DNA from: Jatrophihabitans sp. GAS493
GTDB lineage: Bacteria > Actinomycetota > Actinomycetes > Mycobacteriales > Jatrophihabitantaceae
Assembly: GCF_900230215.1 (NCBI RefSeq)
Contig: NZ_LT907982.1
Coordinates: 3,827,568-3,891,567, forward strand
DNA length: 64,000 nt
Direction of reading: 5' to 3'
Shown here: positions 11,132-21,390 of the stretch, in pieces
Layout: each line of letters begins with the position of its first letter
Position numbering within the stretch: the stretch's first letter is position 1
Translations under genes and position numbers: made by a program
The notes under the pieces: model-generated
Told to the model about the DNA's origin: nothing
What the model saw: only the letters and a program-made list of their open reading frames with translations
The model's database searches: none

Positions 11132-11581
11132 ATGACCACCCCTCAGGCCTATCGAGGCGAGAAACTCGGCTTGGCTGCCGACGGACCAGGGTCGCTGGCC
11201 AGCTTCGCCACCCGCACCGGAGCCTTCATCGTGGATTCGGTGGCCGCGTTCCTGGTGGCGTCGATCTTCGTCCAACTCTTCGGACATCACACGGACGCGG
11301 CGAGTAGGTTGCCGCGCTCCTGGGTGCTCATTCCGTTCTTCGCCGACTACGTCTTCGGAATCCTCTTCGCCGGCCGCACGCTGGGGATGAACCTGCTCGG
11401 ACTGCGCGTCATCCGGGTCGATGCCGACGTCGCAATCGGGCCGCTGCGGGCCATCGTCCGCACTGCTCTGCTGAGCTTGCTGGTGCCGGCGGTGATCGTC
11501 GACCGCGACGGCCGCGGACTGCATGATCGGCTCACCGACACAGCGGTGATCCACGCGCCGCGCAGCCTTCGCGGGCGGTAA
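11132..11581 (+). CDS. RDD family membrane protein (Rv2219A-like)
   Basis: 149 aa; [14 protein letters not shown]...[14 protein letters not shown] pattern of RDD domain. Confidence 0.75.
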   Translation: MTTPQAYRGEKLGLAADGPGSLASFATRTGAFIVDSVAAFLVASIFVQLFGHHTDAASRLPRSWVLIPFFADYVFGILFAGRTLGMNLLGLRVIRVDADVAIGPLRAIVRTALLSLLVPAVIVDRDGRGLHDRLTDTAVIHAPRSLRGR

Positions 11582-11642
11582 AGCTAAGGCCCTTAGGCTA
11601 CGGAGCTGGAGATCAGCTGAGAGTCGCCCCAAAGCGGCCCGC

Positions 11643-11658
11643 GTTACATGTCGGAAAC
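11643..11658 (+). promoter_or_regulatory. Candidate GlnR box (gTnAc-n6-GaAAc) upstream of glnA1
   Basis: GTTAC-atgtcg-GAAAC at 11643-11658, ~75 nt upstream of glnA1 start; matches the actinobacterial GlnR a-site/b-site consensus. Confidence 0.4.
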
Positions 11659-11730
11659 ATTCGAGATACCCTGCGGCAATTCGTGCTCCTTAGCATTTGC
11701 GCCGTTACCCACCACGAGTCCGGAGGACGG

Positions 11731-13155
11731 ATGTTCACAAGCTCCGAAGAAGTCCTGAAGTACATCAAGAGTGAAGGCGTCGAGTTCATCGACATTCGCT
11801 TCACCGATCTTCCAGGCGTTCAGCAGCACTTCAACGTGCCTGCCTCGAATTTCAACGAGGGCTCCTTCACCGAAGGTCAGATGTTCGACGGTTCGTCGAT
11901 TCGCGGTTTCGCCGCGATTCACAAGTCTGACCTCAAGCTGATTCCGGACCCGGCCACGGCGTACATCGACCCGTTCCGCAAGGCCAAGACCCTCAACATC
12001 AACCACTCGATCGTCGAGCCGCGCACGGGCGAGCCGTACGACCGTGACCCCCGCCAGGTCGCCACCAAGGCCGAGGAGTACCTGAAGTCCACCGGCATCG
12101 CCGACACCGTGTACTTCGGCCCGGAGGCCGAGTTCTACATCTTCGACGAGGTTCGTTACGAGTCCAAGATGAACGGCGGCATGTACTTCGTCGACTCGGT
12201 CGAAGGCGCCTGGAACACCGGCCGCGAGGAGGAGGGTGGCAACCTCGGGTACAAGACGAGCGTCAAGGGCGGCTACTTCCCGGTTCCGCCGTACGACCAC
12301 TTCGCTGATCTCCGCGACGAGATCAGCACCGAACTCATGAACGCTGGGCTGAAGCTCGAGCGGGCGCACCACGAGGTGGGCACCGGCGGCCAGGCCGAGA
12401 TCAACTACGAGTTCGACACGTTGACCCACGCCGCCGACCAGATCCTGCTCTTCAAGTACATCGTGAAGAACGTCGCCTGGCGCAACGGCAAGACCGCGAC
12501 CTTCATGCCCAAGCCTCTCTTCGGCGACAACGGGTCGGGCATGCACTGCCACCAGTCCCTCTGGAAGGACGGCAAGCCGCTCTTCTACGACGAGACGGGC
12601 TACGCCGGGCTCTCGGACATCGCTCGCTGGTATGTCGGAGGCCTGCTCAAGCACGCCCCGTCGGCCCTGGCCTTCACCAACCCGACGGTGAACTCCTACC
12701 ACCGCCTGGTTCCGGGCTACGAGGCCCCGGTCAACCTGGTCTACTCGGCCGGTAACCGCTCGGCCTGCATCCGGGTACCCATCACCGGCACCAGCCCGAA
12801 GGCCAAGCGTATCGAGTACCGCGTTCCGGACCCGTCGGCCAACCCGTACCTCGCCTTCGCGGCGATGCTGATGGCCGGTATCGACGGCATCAAGAACAAG
12901 ATCGAGCCGCCGGCGCCGATCGACAAGGACCTCTACGAGCTCCCGCCGGACGAGGCCGCCTCGATTCCGCAGGTTCCGGGCTCGCTGAGCGAGGTTCTGG
13001 ACGCCCTTGAGGCCGACCACGACTATCTGGTCGAGGGTGGCGTCTTCACTGAAGACCTCATCGCGACGTGGATCGACTACAAGCGCACCAACGAAGTCGA
13101 CCCCATCCGGCTGCGTCCGCACCCGTACGAGTTCGACCTGTACTACAACATCTAG
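11731..13155 (+). CDS. glnA: Glutamine synthetase type I
   Basis: [36 protein letters not shown] catalytic signatures [28 protein letters not shown], adenylylation-site region [12 protein letters not shown]; GGAGGA SD before ATG 11731 (ORF opens at 11683). Confidence 0.95.
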   Translation: MFTSSEEVLKYIKSEGVEFIDIRFTDLPGVQQHFNVPASNFNEGSFTEGQMFDGSSIRGFAAIHKSDLKLIPDPATAYIDPFRKAKTLNINHSIVEPRTGEPYDRDPRQVATKAEEYLKSTGIADTVYFGPEAEFYIFDEVRYESKMNGGMYFVDSVEGAWNTGREEEGGNLGYKTSVKGGYFPVPPYDHFADLRDEISTELMNAGLKLERAHHEVGTGGQAEINYEFDTLTHAADQILLFKYIVKNVAWRNGKTATFMPKPLFGDNGSGMHCHQSLWKDGKPLFYDETGYAGLSDIARWYVGGLLKHAPSALAFTNPTVNSYHRLVPGYEAPVNLVYSAGNRSACIRVPITGTSPKAKRIEYRVPDPSANPYLAFAAMLMAGIDGIKNKIEPPAPIDKDLYELPPDEAASIPQVPGSLSEVLDALEADHDYLVEGGVFTEDLIATWIDYKRTNEVDPIRLRPHPYEFDLYYNI

Positions 13156-13190
13156 GTTGTCCCGCAACTAGGCACAACTCACGGTTCACC

Positions 13191-13222
13191 GGCGAAGGCC
13201 CCCAGAAATGGGGGCCTTCGCC
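13191..13222 (+). terminator. Putative intrinsic terminator hairpin downstream of glnA1
   Basis: Perfect 13-bp stem GGCGAAGGCCCCC / GGGGGCCTTCGCC with 6-nt loop AGAAAT, 36 nt after glnA stop; weak U-tract, as is common in high-GC actinobacteria. Confidence 0.55.
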
Positions 13223-13376
13223 GCATTGTGACCAAGTTATCGACCTATATCTCGCGTGTGCCGCAGGCCGGATTCTGGGGACTCAGCGGCGTGCTGGGCC
13301 GCCGTCGGGGCGCGCCAGGGCTGCAAATCAGAATTAGTTGATGCACGGTGTCAGTACCGAGTGAGATAGTGGAGCA

Positions 13377-14219
13377 ATGCCTCGGCCAGACCACAACGAC
13401 GACGCGCGCTCCGGCGCACCGGTCGTCGGGTTCGCCGGGCTCCTCCCAGAGCGCATGCTGCGCTACCGGCGCCCGCTCTGGTGGCAGGAACTGCTCCTCA
13501 TCGCCGTCAGCTACTGGCTCTACGGCCAGGTCCGCAACGCGATACCGAATAAGCTCGCCATCGCGCAGAAGCATGCCCGCGGAGTACAGCACCTGCAGGA
13601 TGTGCTGCATCTCAACTTTGAACTTTCGATCAACCAGTTCGTGGCCGCGCATGAGCCCATCGCCCAGGTGATGGACTACTATTACGCGACCCTGCACTTC
13701 GTTGTGACCATCGGCGTGCTGGTCTGGCTCTTCGTGAAGCGACCGGCGCTCTACCGCGGCGCCCGTACCGTCCTCTTCGCGACTTCCGCGGTGGCACTGG
13801 CCGGCTTCTACTTCTTCCCGCTCGCGCCGCCCCGGCTGATGCCGCAGTACGGCTACGTCGACACACTGCTGAAGTTCCACACCTGGGGATCGCTGGCCGA
13901 TCCGAAGATTGCCGAGCACTCCAATCAGTTCGCGGCCATGCCGAGCCTGCACATTGGTTGGTCGCTCTGGTGCGGCATCACCATCGCCGCCTGCGCCAAC
14001 CGGGCCTGGGTACGCGTTCTCGGCCTCTGCTATCCGCTCGCCACGCTGATCGTCATCGTCTCGACGGCCAACCACTACTTCCTGGATGCGGTTGGCGGAG
14101 TCATCGTGCTGGCCGCTGGCTTCGCCATCCAGTACCTGCTATCCGGCCACGGCGCCTACGTATCCCCGGTTGGTACGCCGGCCCCAATGCCGAGCCAGCA
14201 GCGCATCGAAGCCAGCTAG
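13377..14219 (+). CDS. PAP2-superfamily (PAP2_3 / inositol-phosphotransferase-like) integral membrane protein
   Basis: 280 aa, multiple TM helices; PAP2 motifs PSLHIGWS and ANHYFLDAVGG. Confidence 0.7.
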   Translation: MPRPDHNDDARSGAPVVGFAGLLPERMLRYRRPLWWQELLLIAVSYWLYGQVRNAIPNKLAIAQKHARGVQHLQDVLHLNFELSINQFVAAHEPIAQVMDYYYATLHFVVTIGVLVWLFVKRPALYRGARTVLFATSAVALAGFYFFPLAPPRLMPQYGYVDTLLKFHTWGSLADPKIAEHSNQFAAMPSLHIGWSLWCGITIAACANRAWVRVLGLCYPLATLIVIVSTANHYFLDAVGGVIVLAAGFAIQYLLSGHGAYVSPVGTPAPMPSQQRIEAS

Positions 14220-14220
14220 C

Positions 14221-17200
14221 CTAGAGCGGACCGTAGAAGACCCGTTCGACTACCGCGCGGGCCCGCCGGGCGTTGCGCCGATAGTCGTCGATGAACTGGC
14301 CCGGATCAAATCCCGCCGGATAGCCCAGCACCCGGCCGACACCGACCAACGACGTCCCCTGAGTCGGTAGTTGATCGGCCGGCTTGTCGCGGACCAGCAT
14401 GATGGCGTTGCGGGCGCGGCTGGCCAGTCTCCAGGCGTTGGCCAGCAGTTCGGCGTCGCTCTCGGTCAGCAGGCCGGCATCACGGGCGGCCGACATCGCA
14501 TCGAGGGTGCGCGGGGTCCGCAGACCCGGCACGGCATGCCCGTGCGCCAACTGCAGCAGCTGAACTGTCCACTCCACGTCAGCCAGGCCACCACGGCCCA
14601 GCTTGAGGTTCGTGCTCGCGTCGGCTCCGCGAGGGATGCGTTCGGTGTCGATCCTCGCCTTGAGTCGTCGGATCTCGATCAGGTCCGCATCGGAGACACC
14701 ATTCACCGGGTAGCGCACCGGATTGATCAGCTCGGTGAAGCGCAAGCCGAGGTCCACGTCGCCGACGAAGAAGTTCGCGCGCAGCAGCGCCTGCGCCTCC
14801 CAGGCACTGGACCAGCGCGCGTAGTAGGCACCGAAGGATGCGAGCGAGCGAACCAGCGGGCCGTTGCGCCCCTCCGGGCGGAGGTCGGCGTCGAGAGTCA
14901 CCGGCGGGTCGCTCGACGGCGCAGCGAGCAGCCGCCGCAACCGCTCGGCGATGGCGCTCGCCACCCGGGCCGCGACCTCCTCGGTCACCTCGGCATCGCG
15001 CGGTTCGAAGACGAACATCACGTCAGCGTCGGAGCCGTACCCGATCTCGGATCCGCCGAGGCGCCCCATGGCGATGACCGCAAAGAGGATCGGAAGCTCG
15101 CTCACTCCGAGTTCCTCGGCCACCGCCGCCGTAGCCACCTGCAGCGTCGCATCCAGGGTGGCTTGGGTCACGGCGGTCAGCGATTCGTTGACCTCCATGA
15201 TGTCCCAGTTGTCGATGAGGTCGGCGAAGGCGATCCGTAGCAGCTCCTGCCGCCGTACCCCGCGGATAGCCGCGACCGCCGCCGCCGGGGAGAGCTGACG
15301 CAGCGCCGAGTCGATCATCGTCGCCCGGACGTCCTGCATCGGGCGGGGCACCAGATCCTCGTCGCCGGCCAGCATCTGCAACGCCTCCGGCGCCCGTTCC
15401 AGCATTCCGGCCACATAGCGGCTGGTGCCCAGGACGTAGCCCAGGCGCGAAGCGACGGCACCACCGTCGCGCAGCAGCCGCAGGTACCAGGGGGTCCCGC
15501 CCAGGGCCTCGGAGACCCGCCGGTAAGCCAGCAAACCGGCATCCGGGTCGGGTGCCTGGGAGAAGTATTCGAGCATCGCCGGCAGCAGCGCGCGCTGCAG
15601 GGCGGCGCGGCGCATCAGACCGACCGTCAACGCCTCGATGTGGCGCAGCGCTTCAGCGGGCTGCCCGAACCCGAGTGCGGCCAGCCGACGCTCGGCCTCC
15701 CCCGCCGTGAGGCGCAGCTGATCCCCCGGCACACGGGCCACCGCCTCCAGCAGCGGGCGGTAGAAGAGCTTCTCGTGCAAGCGGCGCACCTCCCGCACAT
15801 GTAGCGACCATTCGGCGTTCCAGACCGCCCTGGCGTCGCCTCGGGCGTCCGGGCGGAACCCCATGGTGCGGGCGAGGACGCCCATCGCCTGCTCGTCGTC
15901 GGGCAGTGTGTGGGTCCGGCGCAGGCGGCGCAACTGCAGCGCATGCTCGGCCGAGCGCAGGAAGCGGTAGGCCGCGTCCAGGCTCACCGCGTCGTCCACC
16001 CCGACGTACCCGCCGTCGCGCAGCGCCCGCAGCGCCGGCAGGGTGGCGGCGACCCGCAGCGACTCGTCGCTGCGGCCGTGAACGAGTTGCAGGAGCTGGA
16101 CGGCGAACTCCACGTCCCGCAGACCCCCCGGCCCGAGCTTGAGCTCCCGAGGCGCAATCGCCTTGGGCAGTAGAGCCACTACGCGACGCCGCATGGCCTG
16201 CACGTCGGCGACGAAGTTCTCCCGTTCGGCCGCCTTCCAGACCATCGGTGACACTGCGTCCAGGTAGCGCTGCCCCAGCGTGCGGTCACCGGCCGCCGGG
16301 TGCGCCTTCAGCAGTGCCTGGAACTCCCAGGTACTGGCCCATCGTCCGTAGTAGGCGATGTGGCTGGCCAGCGTGCGCACCAGCGGACCGGACTTACCTT
16401 CCGGGCGGAGCGCGGCGTCCACCTCCCAGGCGGCCGAGCCGCAGATACGCATCATGTGCCCGGCCAGGCTCGTCGCCGTCCCGAGCGCGGCGTTTTCGTC
16501 GATCTCCGCGGCCGCCGGTCCCGAGTCAGCCGGTGCGTCTGTGCCCGGTTCGTCTGTGCCCGGTTCGTCTGTGCCCGGCTCGGATTCGCCCGGTTCGGCG
16601 ACGAAGACCACGTCGACATCGGAGAGGTAATTCAGCTCGTAGGCCCCGGCCTTTCCCATCGCCACGACGGCCAGCCGACACGGGGCCACGTTCGGGGGGA
16701 GGCTAGCTCGGGCCACGGCCAGACCCGCCCGCAGCATGTGGTTGGCCAGGCTGGTGAGTGCGGCCGTCGTGGTCTCCAGATCCTGCTCGCGGGCCAGGTC
16801 ACGTCCGGCGATCGCCACCAACTCCCGCCGGTAGGCCAGCCGCAGCGCGGAGGCCGCGACGGCGCCGGTCACCGTGGCCGGAGTTCCGGCGGTGCCGGTG
16901 ACGGGATCGTCGGGGTCGGCGCCGACGGCGAGGATCAGCCGCGCGCCGGCGGCATGCCGATCGTGCGCCCCGCCGAGCAATGCCGTCCAGTGTCCGGGGC
17001 TGGCCACCAGATGATCGCCGAGAGCGATGGAGGAGCCCAGCAGCGCGATGAGTCGGGTCCGGAAACGAACGTCGGTGGCTAGTGCCTGCCGGAGCTGCGC
17101 GGTCGGCTCCAGGTGTGCATCCATCGACTCGACGAGCGCCGCGAGGGCGGCGACACAGCCGTCCGGGTCGGCCGAGCGACCGATCGCGGCGACGATCGCC

Positions 17201-17376
17201 GCTGCGTCGGAGTTGGTGGGGTTGTTGCTGTCGACGTCCCAGAGCTGCAGCAGGTCACCGGTGAAGAGGTCGGCCGCCGCGAAGGGCTGTTCGAAACCGA
17301 TGCGCCCCATCCGCGACGCGACACGGCGCAATGGATGCGCATCGACCGGCGGCGGAGTGCGAGGTTCGGTCGTCAC
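14221..17376 (-). CDS. glnE: Bifunctional glutamine synthetase adenylyltransferase/adenylyl-removing enzyme
   Basis: Two tandem nucleotidyltransferase + GlnE-C domains; ORF 14221..17571, but a GTG at 17376-17374 overlapping the upstream GATase stop (GTGA) is the likely start; contains in-frame (EPGTD)x3 linker repeat. Confidence 0.92.
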   Translation of the reverse strand: MTTEPRTPPPVDAHPLRRVASRMGRIGFEQPFAAADLFTGDLLQLWDVDSNNPTNSDAAAIVAAIGRSADPDGCVAALAALVESMDAHLEPTAQLRQALATDVRFRTRLIALLGSSIALGDHLVASPGHWTALLGGAHDRHAAGARLILAVGADPDDPVTGTAGTPATVTGAVAASALRLAYRRELVAIAGRDLAREQDLETTTAALTSLANHMLRAGLAVARASLPPNVAPCRLAVVAMGKAGAYELNYLSDVDVVFVAEPGESEPGTDEPGTDEPGTDAPADSGPAAAEIDENAALGTATSLAGHMMRICGSAAWEVDAALRPEGKSGPLVRTLASHIAYYGRWASTWEFQALLKAHPAAGDRTLGQRYLDAVSPMVWKAAERENFVADVQAMRRRVVALLPKAIAPRELKLGPGGLRDVEFAVQLLQLVHGRSDESLRVAATLPALRALRDGGYVGVDDAVSLDAAYRFLRSAEHALQLRRLRRTHTLPDDEQAMGVLARTMGFRPDARGDARAVWNAEWSLHVREVRRLHEKLFYRPLLEAVARVPGDQLRLTAGEAERRLAALGFGQPAEALRHIEALTVGLMRRAALQRALLPAMLEYFSQAPDPDAGLLAYRRVSEALGGTPWYLRLLRDGGAVASRLGYVLGTSRYVAGMLERAPEALQMLAGDEDLVPRPMQDVRATMIDSALRQLSPAAAVAAIRGVRRQELLRIAFADLIDNWDIMEVNESLTAVTQATLDATLQVATAAVAEELGVSELPILFAVIAMGRLGGSEIGYGSDADVMFVFEPRDAEVTEEVAARVASAIAERLRRLLAAPSSDPPVTLDADLRPEGRNGPLVRSLASFGAYYARWSSAWEAQALLRANFFVGDVDLGLRFTELINPVRYPVNGVSDADLIEIRRLKARIDTERIPRGADASTNLKLGRGGLADVEWTVQLLQLAHGHAVPGLRTPRTLDAMSAARDAGLLTESDAELLANAWRLASRARNAIMLVRDKPADQLPTQGTSLVGVGRVLGYPAGFDPGQFIDDYRRNARRARAVVERVFYGPL
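16531..16590. repeat. 15-bp in-frame tandem repeat (cggttcgtctgtgcc x3 plus 2 degenerate copies) inside glnE linker
   Basis: Direct reading of sequence; encodes EPGTD-EPGTD-EPGTD on minus strand between the two GlnE catalytic halves. Confidence 0.8.
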
Positions 17377-18248
17377 CGCGCATCCGGCGGCAGGAGTTCG
17401 ATCGGGACCGGACCGGAGGGGCGGGCCGCCTGCATCTGCATCGCCAGCGCCGCCCGGATCTCGGCCGGGTCGGTGATCGCATCGGCCATCTGCGTCGCCA
17501 CGGTACGTACCTTCGGCACCGATGACGGGTCGAGCACCACGCCGGCGAACGCCGCCGCGAACGGTGCCCATACCTCGGCCAGGTCAGGGTGCACAGCGTC
17601 GGCTCGGGCCAGGATCCGCTCCACGTCGTAGCCGGTCAGCGCTTCGGCATCCGCCGTGGCCCAGGCCCGCACGACCTCGGGGGTGGTCTCGATGTGGAAC
17701 TGGGTGCCCCAGGCCACCCGGCCGACGCGAAACGCCTGGATGTCGCAGCCCGGTGAGCTGGCCAGCTGGATGGCGCCCGGCGGTAACTCGAGGACAGCGT
17801 CAAAATGCCATTGGATGACGTCAGGTGTGATCGGCAGTGCCTTGAAGAGTGGGTCGGTGGCCGACGACGCGCGCTTGGCGATCAGCTGCGCCCCGAACTC
17901 CGGACCCTCTGGGCTTGGACCGACCTCTCCCCCGGTGGCCGAGGCCAGCAGCTGCCCGCCGAGGCAGATGCCGAGCGTCGGGACCTCGTCATCGACCGCT
18001 GCCTTCAGCAGCGCCCGCAGCTGCGGCAGCCACGGCGCCACCTGGTCGTCGTTCGCGCCCATCTCACCGCCGAGAACGAGGAGGCCGCTGTGCCCGCCTA
18101 GCGTGGCCGGCAACTGATCGAGCTCGTCGTCAAGATACGGGCGCCGCAAGTCCAGGGTGAGCCCGGCTGCGGTCAGCCAGTCGCCCAGCGGACCGAGAGG
18201 GTCGGCCGGATCGTTCTGTACGACGAGGACGGGGGAAGGCGACACCAC
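17373..18248 (-). CDS. Class I glutamine amidotransferase-like protein (stand-alone GATase1)
   Basis: 291 aa; nucleophile elbow LGICLGGQLLA, His/Glu in GTQFHIE; GTG start; stop overlaps glnE start (GTGA). Confidence 0.75.
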   Translation of the reverse strand: MVSPSPVLVVQNDPADPLGPLGDWLTAAGLTLDLRRPYLDDELDQLPATLGGHSGLLVLGGEMGANDDQVAPWLPQLRALLKAAVDDEVPTLGICLGGQLLASATGGEVGPSPEGPEFGAQLIAKRASSATDPLFKALPITPDVIQWHFDAVLELPPGAIQLASSPGCDIQAFRVGRVAWGTQFHIETTPEVVRAWATADAEALTGYDVERILARADAVHPDLAEVWAPFAAAFAGVVLDPSSVPKVRTVATQMADAITDPAEIRAALAMQMQAARPSGPVPIELLPPDAR

Positions 18249-18293
18249 TCAACAATACTGAGGCCGACGCCGACGACTTCGCCGAGGGAGCTG

Positions 18294-19652
18294 CTACAGC
18301 GAGGGAAGGTACCGCCGCAGCTCGAAGGGAGTCACCTCAGCGCGGTAATCCACCCATTCCTCCCGCTTGTTGCGCAAGAAATAGGCGAAGACATGCTCGC
18401 CGAGCGTCTCGGCCACCAACTCCGAGGACTCCATCAGCTGCAGTGCATCGGCCAGATTGTGCGGGAGTTCGCTGTAGCCCAGCGCCCGCCGGTCGGCGTC
18501 GGTCAGGGCCCAGACGTCGTCCTCGGCTCCCGGCGGGAGCTCATACCCTTCCTCGATGCCCTTCATGCCGGCCGCCAGCATCACTGCGAATGCGAGATAG
18601 GGGTTGCAGGCGGAGTCCAGCGAACGCACCTCAACCCGGGTGGAGTTCGCCTTTCCGGGTTTGTACATCGGGACCCGGACCAGAGCTGAGCGGTTCGCAT
18701 GCCCCCAGCAGATGAAGGTGGGCGCCTCGACGAGTTCGCCGCGCGCGGCGTAGCCGTAGAGACGTTTGTAGGAGTTGACCCACTGATTCGTCACGGCGGT
18801 GATCTCGCCGGCGTGCCGTAGCAGCCCGGCGATGAAGGCCCGAGCCGTCTTGGAGAGGTTCAACGGGTCCGATGGATCGTGGAACGCGTTGTGGTCACCC
18901 TCGAAGAGCGACAGATGGGTGTGCATTCCGCTGCCCGGACGGTGTCTAAACGGTTTGGGCATGAAGGTCGCCTGGGCGCCGTGGGCCAGCGCCGTCTCCT
19001 TGATGATGTGCCGGAAGGTCATGATGTTGTCGGCGGTGGAGAGCGCGTCGGCGTAGCGCAGGTCGAACTCCTGCTGGCCGGGCGCCACCTCGTGGTGACT
19101 GAACTCGACCGAGATACCCAGGCCCTCCAGGGCGGACACCGCGTCGCGGCGGAAGTCGCGGGCCGGCCCCTCGGTGGTCATGTCGAAGTAACCGGCATTG
19201 TCGAAGGGCTCCGGCTCCTGCCCGTCCGTCGGCCGGTTCTTCAGCATGAAGAACTCGACCTCCGGATGGGTGTAGAAGGTGAAGCCGCGCTCGGCGGCCC
19301 GGCTGAGCGCCCGGCGCAGCACGTAGCGGGGATCGGCCCAGGACGGGGAGCCGTCCGGCATCTGAATGTCGCAGAACATCCGCGCCGAGTCGGCGACCGT
19401 GTCTCCCGCCTCAGGCAGGATCTGGAACGTCGCGGGATCAGGACGGGCGAGCATGTCGCTCTCGCTGGCCCGGGCGAAGCCCTGGATCGCCGAGCCGTCG
19501 AAGCCGATGCCCTCCTCGAAGGCTCCGTCCAACTCGGCGGGGTCGATCGCCACCGATTTCAGGTAGCCGAGAACATCGGTGAACCAGAGTCGAACGAACC
19601 GAATCTGGCGCTCTTCCAAGGTGCGAAGCACGAATTCCTGTTGCCGATCCAC
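18294..19652 (-). CDS. glnA2: Glutamine synthetase GlnA2-type (GSI-alpha)
   Basis: 452 aa; MDRQQEFVLRTLEERQIRFVRLWFTDVLG, HPEVEFFML, KPFRHRPGSGMHTHLSLF. Confidence 0.92.
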   Translation of the reverse strand: MDRQQEFVLRTLEERQIRFVRLWFTDVLGYLKSVAIDPAELDGAFEEGIGFDGSAIQGFARASESDMLARPDPATFQILPEAGDTVADSARMFCDIQMPDGSPSWADPRYVLRRALSRAAERGFTFYTHPEVEFFMLKNRPTDGQEPEPFDNAGYFDMTTEGPARDFRRDAVSALEGLGISVEFSHHEVAPGQQEFDLRYADALSTADNIMTFRHIIKETALAHGAQATFMPKPFRHRPGSGMHTHLSLFEGDHNAFHDPSDPLNLSKTARAFIAGLLRHAGEITAVTNQWVNSYKRLYGYAARGELVEAPTFICWGHANRSALVRVPMYKPGKANSTRVEVRSLDSACNPYLAFAVMLAAGMKGIEEGYELPPGAEDDVWALTDADRRALGYSELPHNLADALQLMESSELVAETLGEHVFAYFLRNKREEWVDYRAEVTPFELRRYLPSL

Positions 19653-19837
19653 GGTTCTCCACTCTTGCTTCGCTCGATGACGCCTTGATTACCGCGACGT
19701 TACCTGTGTAGGCGGTATCGCGCGCGGGTCGCCGAAAAGCCCCACCGCGGCGGGCCAAACGCGATTGTCGGGCGCCGAATACAGCTCAAACGCTAAAGAA
19801 CTTAGCGTCTCGACGGCTGAGTGGATCAACCGACTGG

Positions 19838-21169
19838 TCAGCTGAGCGCGCTGCCGGCCTTCCAGGTCGCCCATGGAACCGTCCAGTCACCGTTCTGCCA
19901 CACCTGGAGCGTGCTGCCGCCGGTGTTGATCACCTTCACCACATCACCGATCTGAGCGTGCTGATAGAACCATTTCGCATTGGCCTGGTTCAGGTTGAGG
20001 CAGCCGTGCGAGAGATCCCGCGATCCCTGGGCCCAGACGGTGGTGTCGAGCTCGTGCAGGTAAACGCCGTCGGTGCTGATCCGGGTCGCCCAGTAGATGG
20101 GCTCCCGATAGCCGCCCTTGGCATTGACCGGCAGCCCGTAGGTGGAGGAGTCCATGATCACCGGGTTGCCCTGGCCGATGACGGTGTAGGTGCCGGGCTG
20201 GGTCCAGTAGGAGATGGTGAGCCCGTTGACGACCTGGCTGCCGCCCTTACCCATCGACGTCGGCATCTTGCGCTGCAGAACGTCGTTGAAGTAGACGCTG
20301 ACCTGCTTGGTCTTGTCGTCGGAGATCGAAACGTGCTTGGCACCGATCGTGAAGCTGACCGACGAATCGGTCTCGCCGTAGAGCCCCGGGCCGACCTTTA
20401 CACCGTAGACGTTGGCCTTGACGCTGACTTTGGTCCCCGATGCGTAGTAGTTCTGTGGGCGCCAATGGGCGTTCGAGTTGTCGGTCCAGTACCAGCTTCC
20501 GGCGACGGCCGGGGTCGTGGTGACCACCAGGGCCTTCTCAGCGGCGGCGCGGTCGGTGATCTGCTCGTCGAAGTGGGCAACGACCACGATGCCGACTCCG
20601 TAGACACCGCCCTGATTGAGCGGCTGCCCGCCGGTCGTGTTGAGGTACACCTTCGTCATGTTCCCGGGCGTGAGGGTGGTGAAGCTCGAGGTCTGCGTGG
20701 TGAGACTTCCGGCGTCGTTCACCGCGTCGGCCTTCATCCGGTAGGAGCGCGAGTACCCGAGCGGCTCGGTCGCCTTCCAGGAGGCGCTCGTCGGGTCGAG
20801 GGCACCGGCGACCACCTTGCCGGCGTCGTTGGTGACCGTCACAGCCGTCAGCTTGCCGCCGGTGACCGAGGCGGTGACCGGTGCGACCGGGCTGACGTTG
20901 GCCGCGCCGTTGGCCGGGGAGAGGGCAACCGCGGCCGGCGTGCTGCTGGGCGCGGGGGTTGCCGTCGGGGCGGGGGTGGCGCTCGGAACGTCGGCGCCGC
21001 TCACCTGGGATGCCCCGGCCGACGGCGAGCCGTCGGCCACCGTCTTGGGGTTACAGGCCGTCAGGGCAGTGGTTGCGATGACCCCGCAGACCACCAGGGC
21101 AGTGGCGCTCCAAGCCGTATGGGCTGAGCGTCGCCACCGTCGTACTGCCACCACTTTGCCTCCCAGCAA
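19838..21169 (-). CDS. L,D-transpeptidase lipoprotein with bacterial Ig-like domains (LdtMt2-like)
   Basis: Signal peptide with lipobox LTAC; Pro/Ala/Thr linker; YkuD catalytic motif HELDTTVWAQGSRDLSHGCLNL. Confidence 0.85.
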   Translation of the reverse strand: MLGGKVVAVRRWRRSAHTAWSATALVVCGVIATTALTACNPKTVADGSPSAGASQVSGADVPSATPAPTATPAPSSTPAAVALSPANGAANVSPVAPVTASVTGGKLTAVTVTNDAGKVVAGALDPTSASWKATEPLGYSRSYRMKADAVNDAGSLTTQTSSFTTLTPGNMTKVYLNTTGGQPLNQGGVYGVGIVVVAHFDEQITDRAAAEKALVVTTTPAVAGSWYWTDNSNAHWRPQNYYASGTKVSVKANVYGVKVGPGLYGETDSSVSFTIGAKHVSISDDKTKQVSVYFNDVLQRKMPTSMGKGGSQVVNGLTISYWTQPGTYTVIGQGNPVIMDSSTYGLPVNAKGGYREPIYWATRISTDGVYLHELDTTVWAQGSRDLSHGCLNLNQANAKWFYQHAQIGDVVKVINTGGSTLQVWQNGDWTVPWATWKAGSALS

Positions 21170-21390
21170 GTCGCTTGCCCCACGCGCGGCACCCTGGGGG
21201 AGATGCTCGGGAGCGAAAATTTATGCGCGACCGAGGGGGCCGCGTACTCCATTGTGCCGAATCCAGGTGGCGAATGCCTGCAGATCTGATCACGATTCGC
21301 TATCGCCAGGGATTCTGATCTGTTGCTTATTGTCTCATCCAGAACCCCTCCCGCGTGCCAAGCTCGCGGCCGGGTCGCCAGACTAGAGGC

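Noticed and set aside
11644-13167. 507-aa minus-strand ORF
   Set aside because: Antisense shadow of glnA1.
13245-14075. 276-aa minus-strand ORF
   Set aside because: Antisense to the PAP2 membrane protein, which has clear TM helices and PAP2 motifs.
14371-15240. 289-aa plus-strand ORF (and 16300..17082, 17113..17631)
   Set aside because: Antisense shadows of glnE.
18879-19688. 269-aa plus-strand ORF
   Set aside because: Antisense shadow of glnA2.
19958-21127. 389-aa plus-strand ORF
   Set aside because: Antisense shadow of the L,D-transpeptidase gene.
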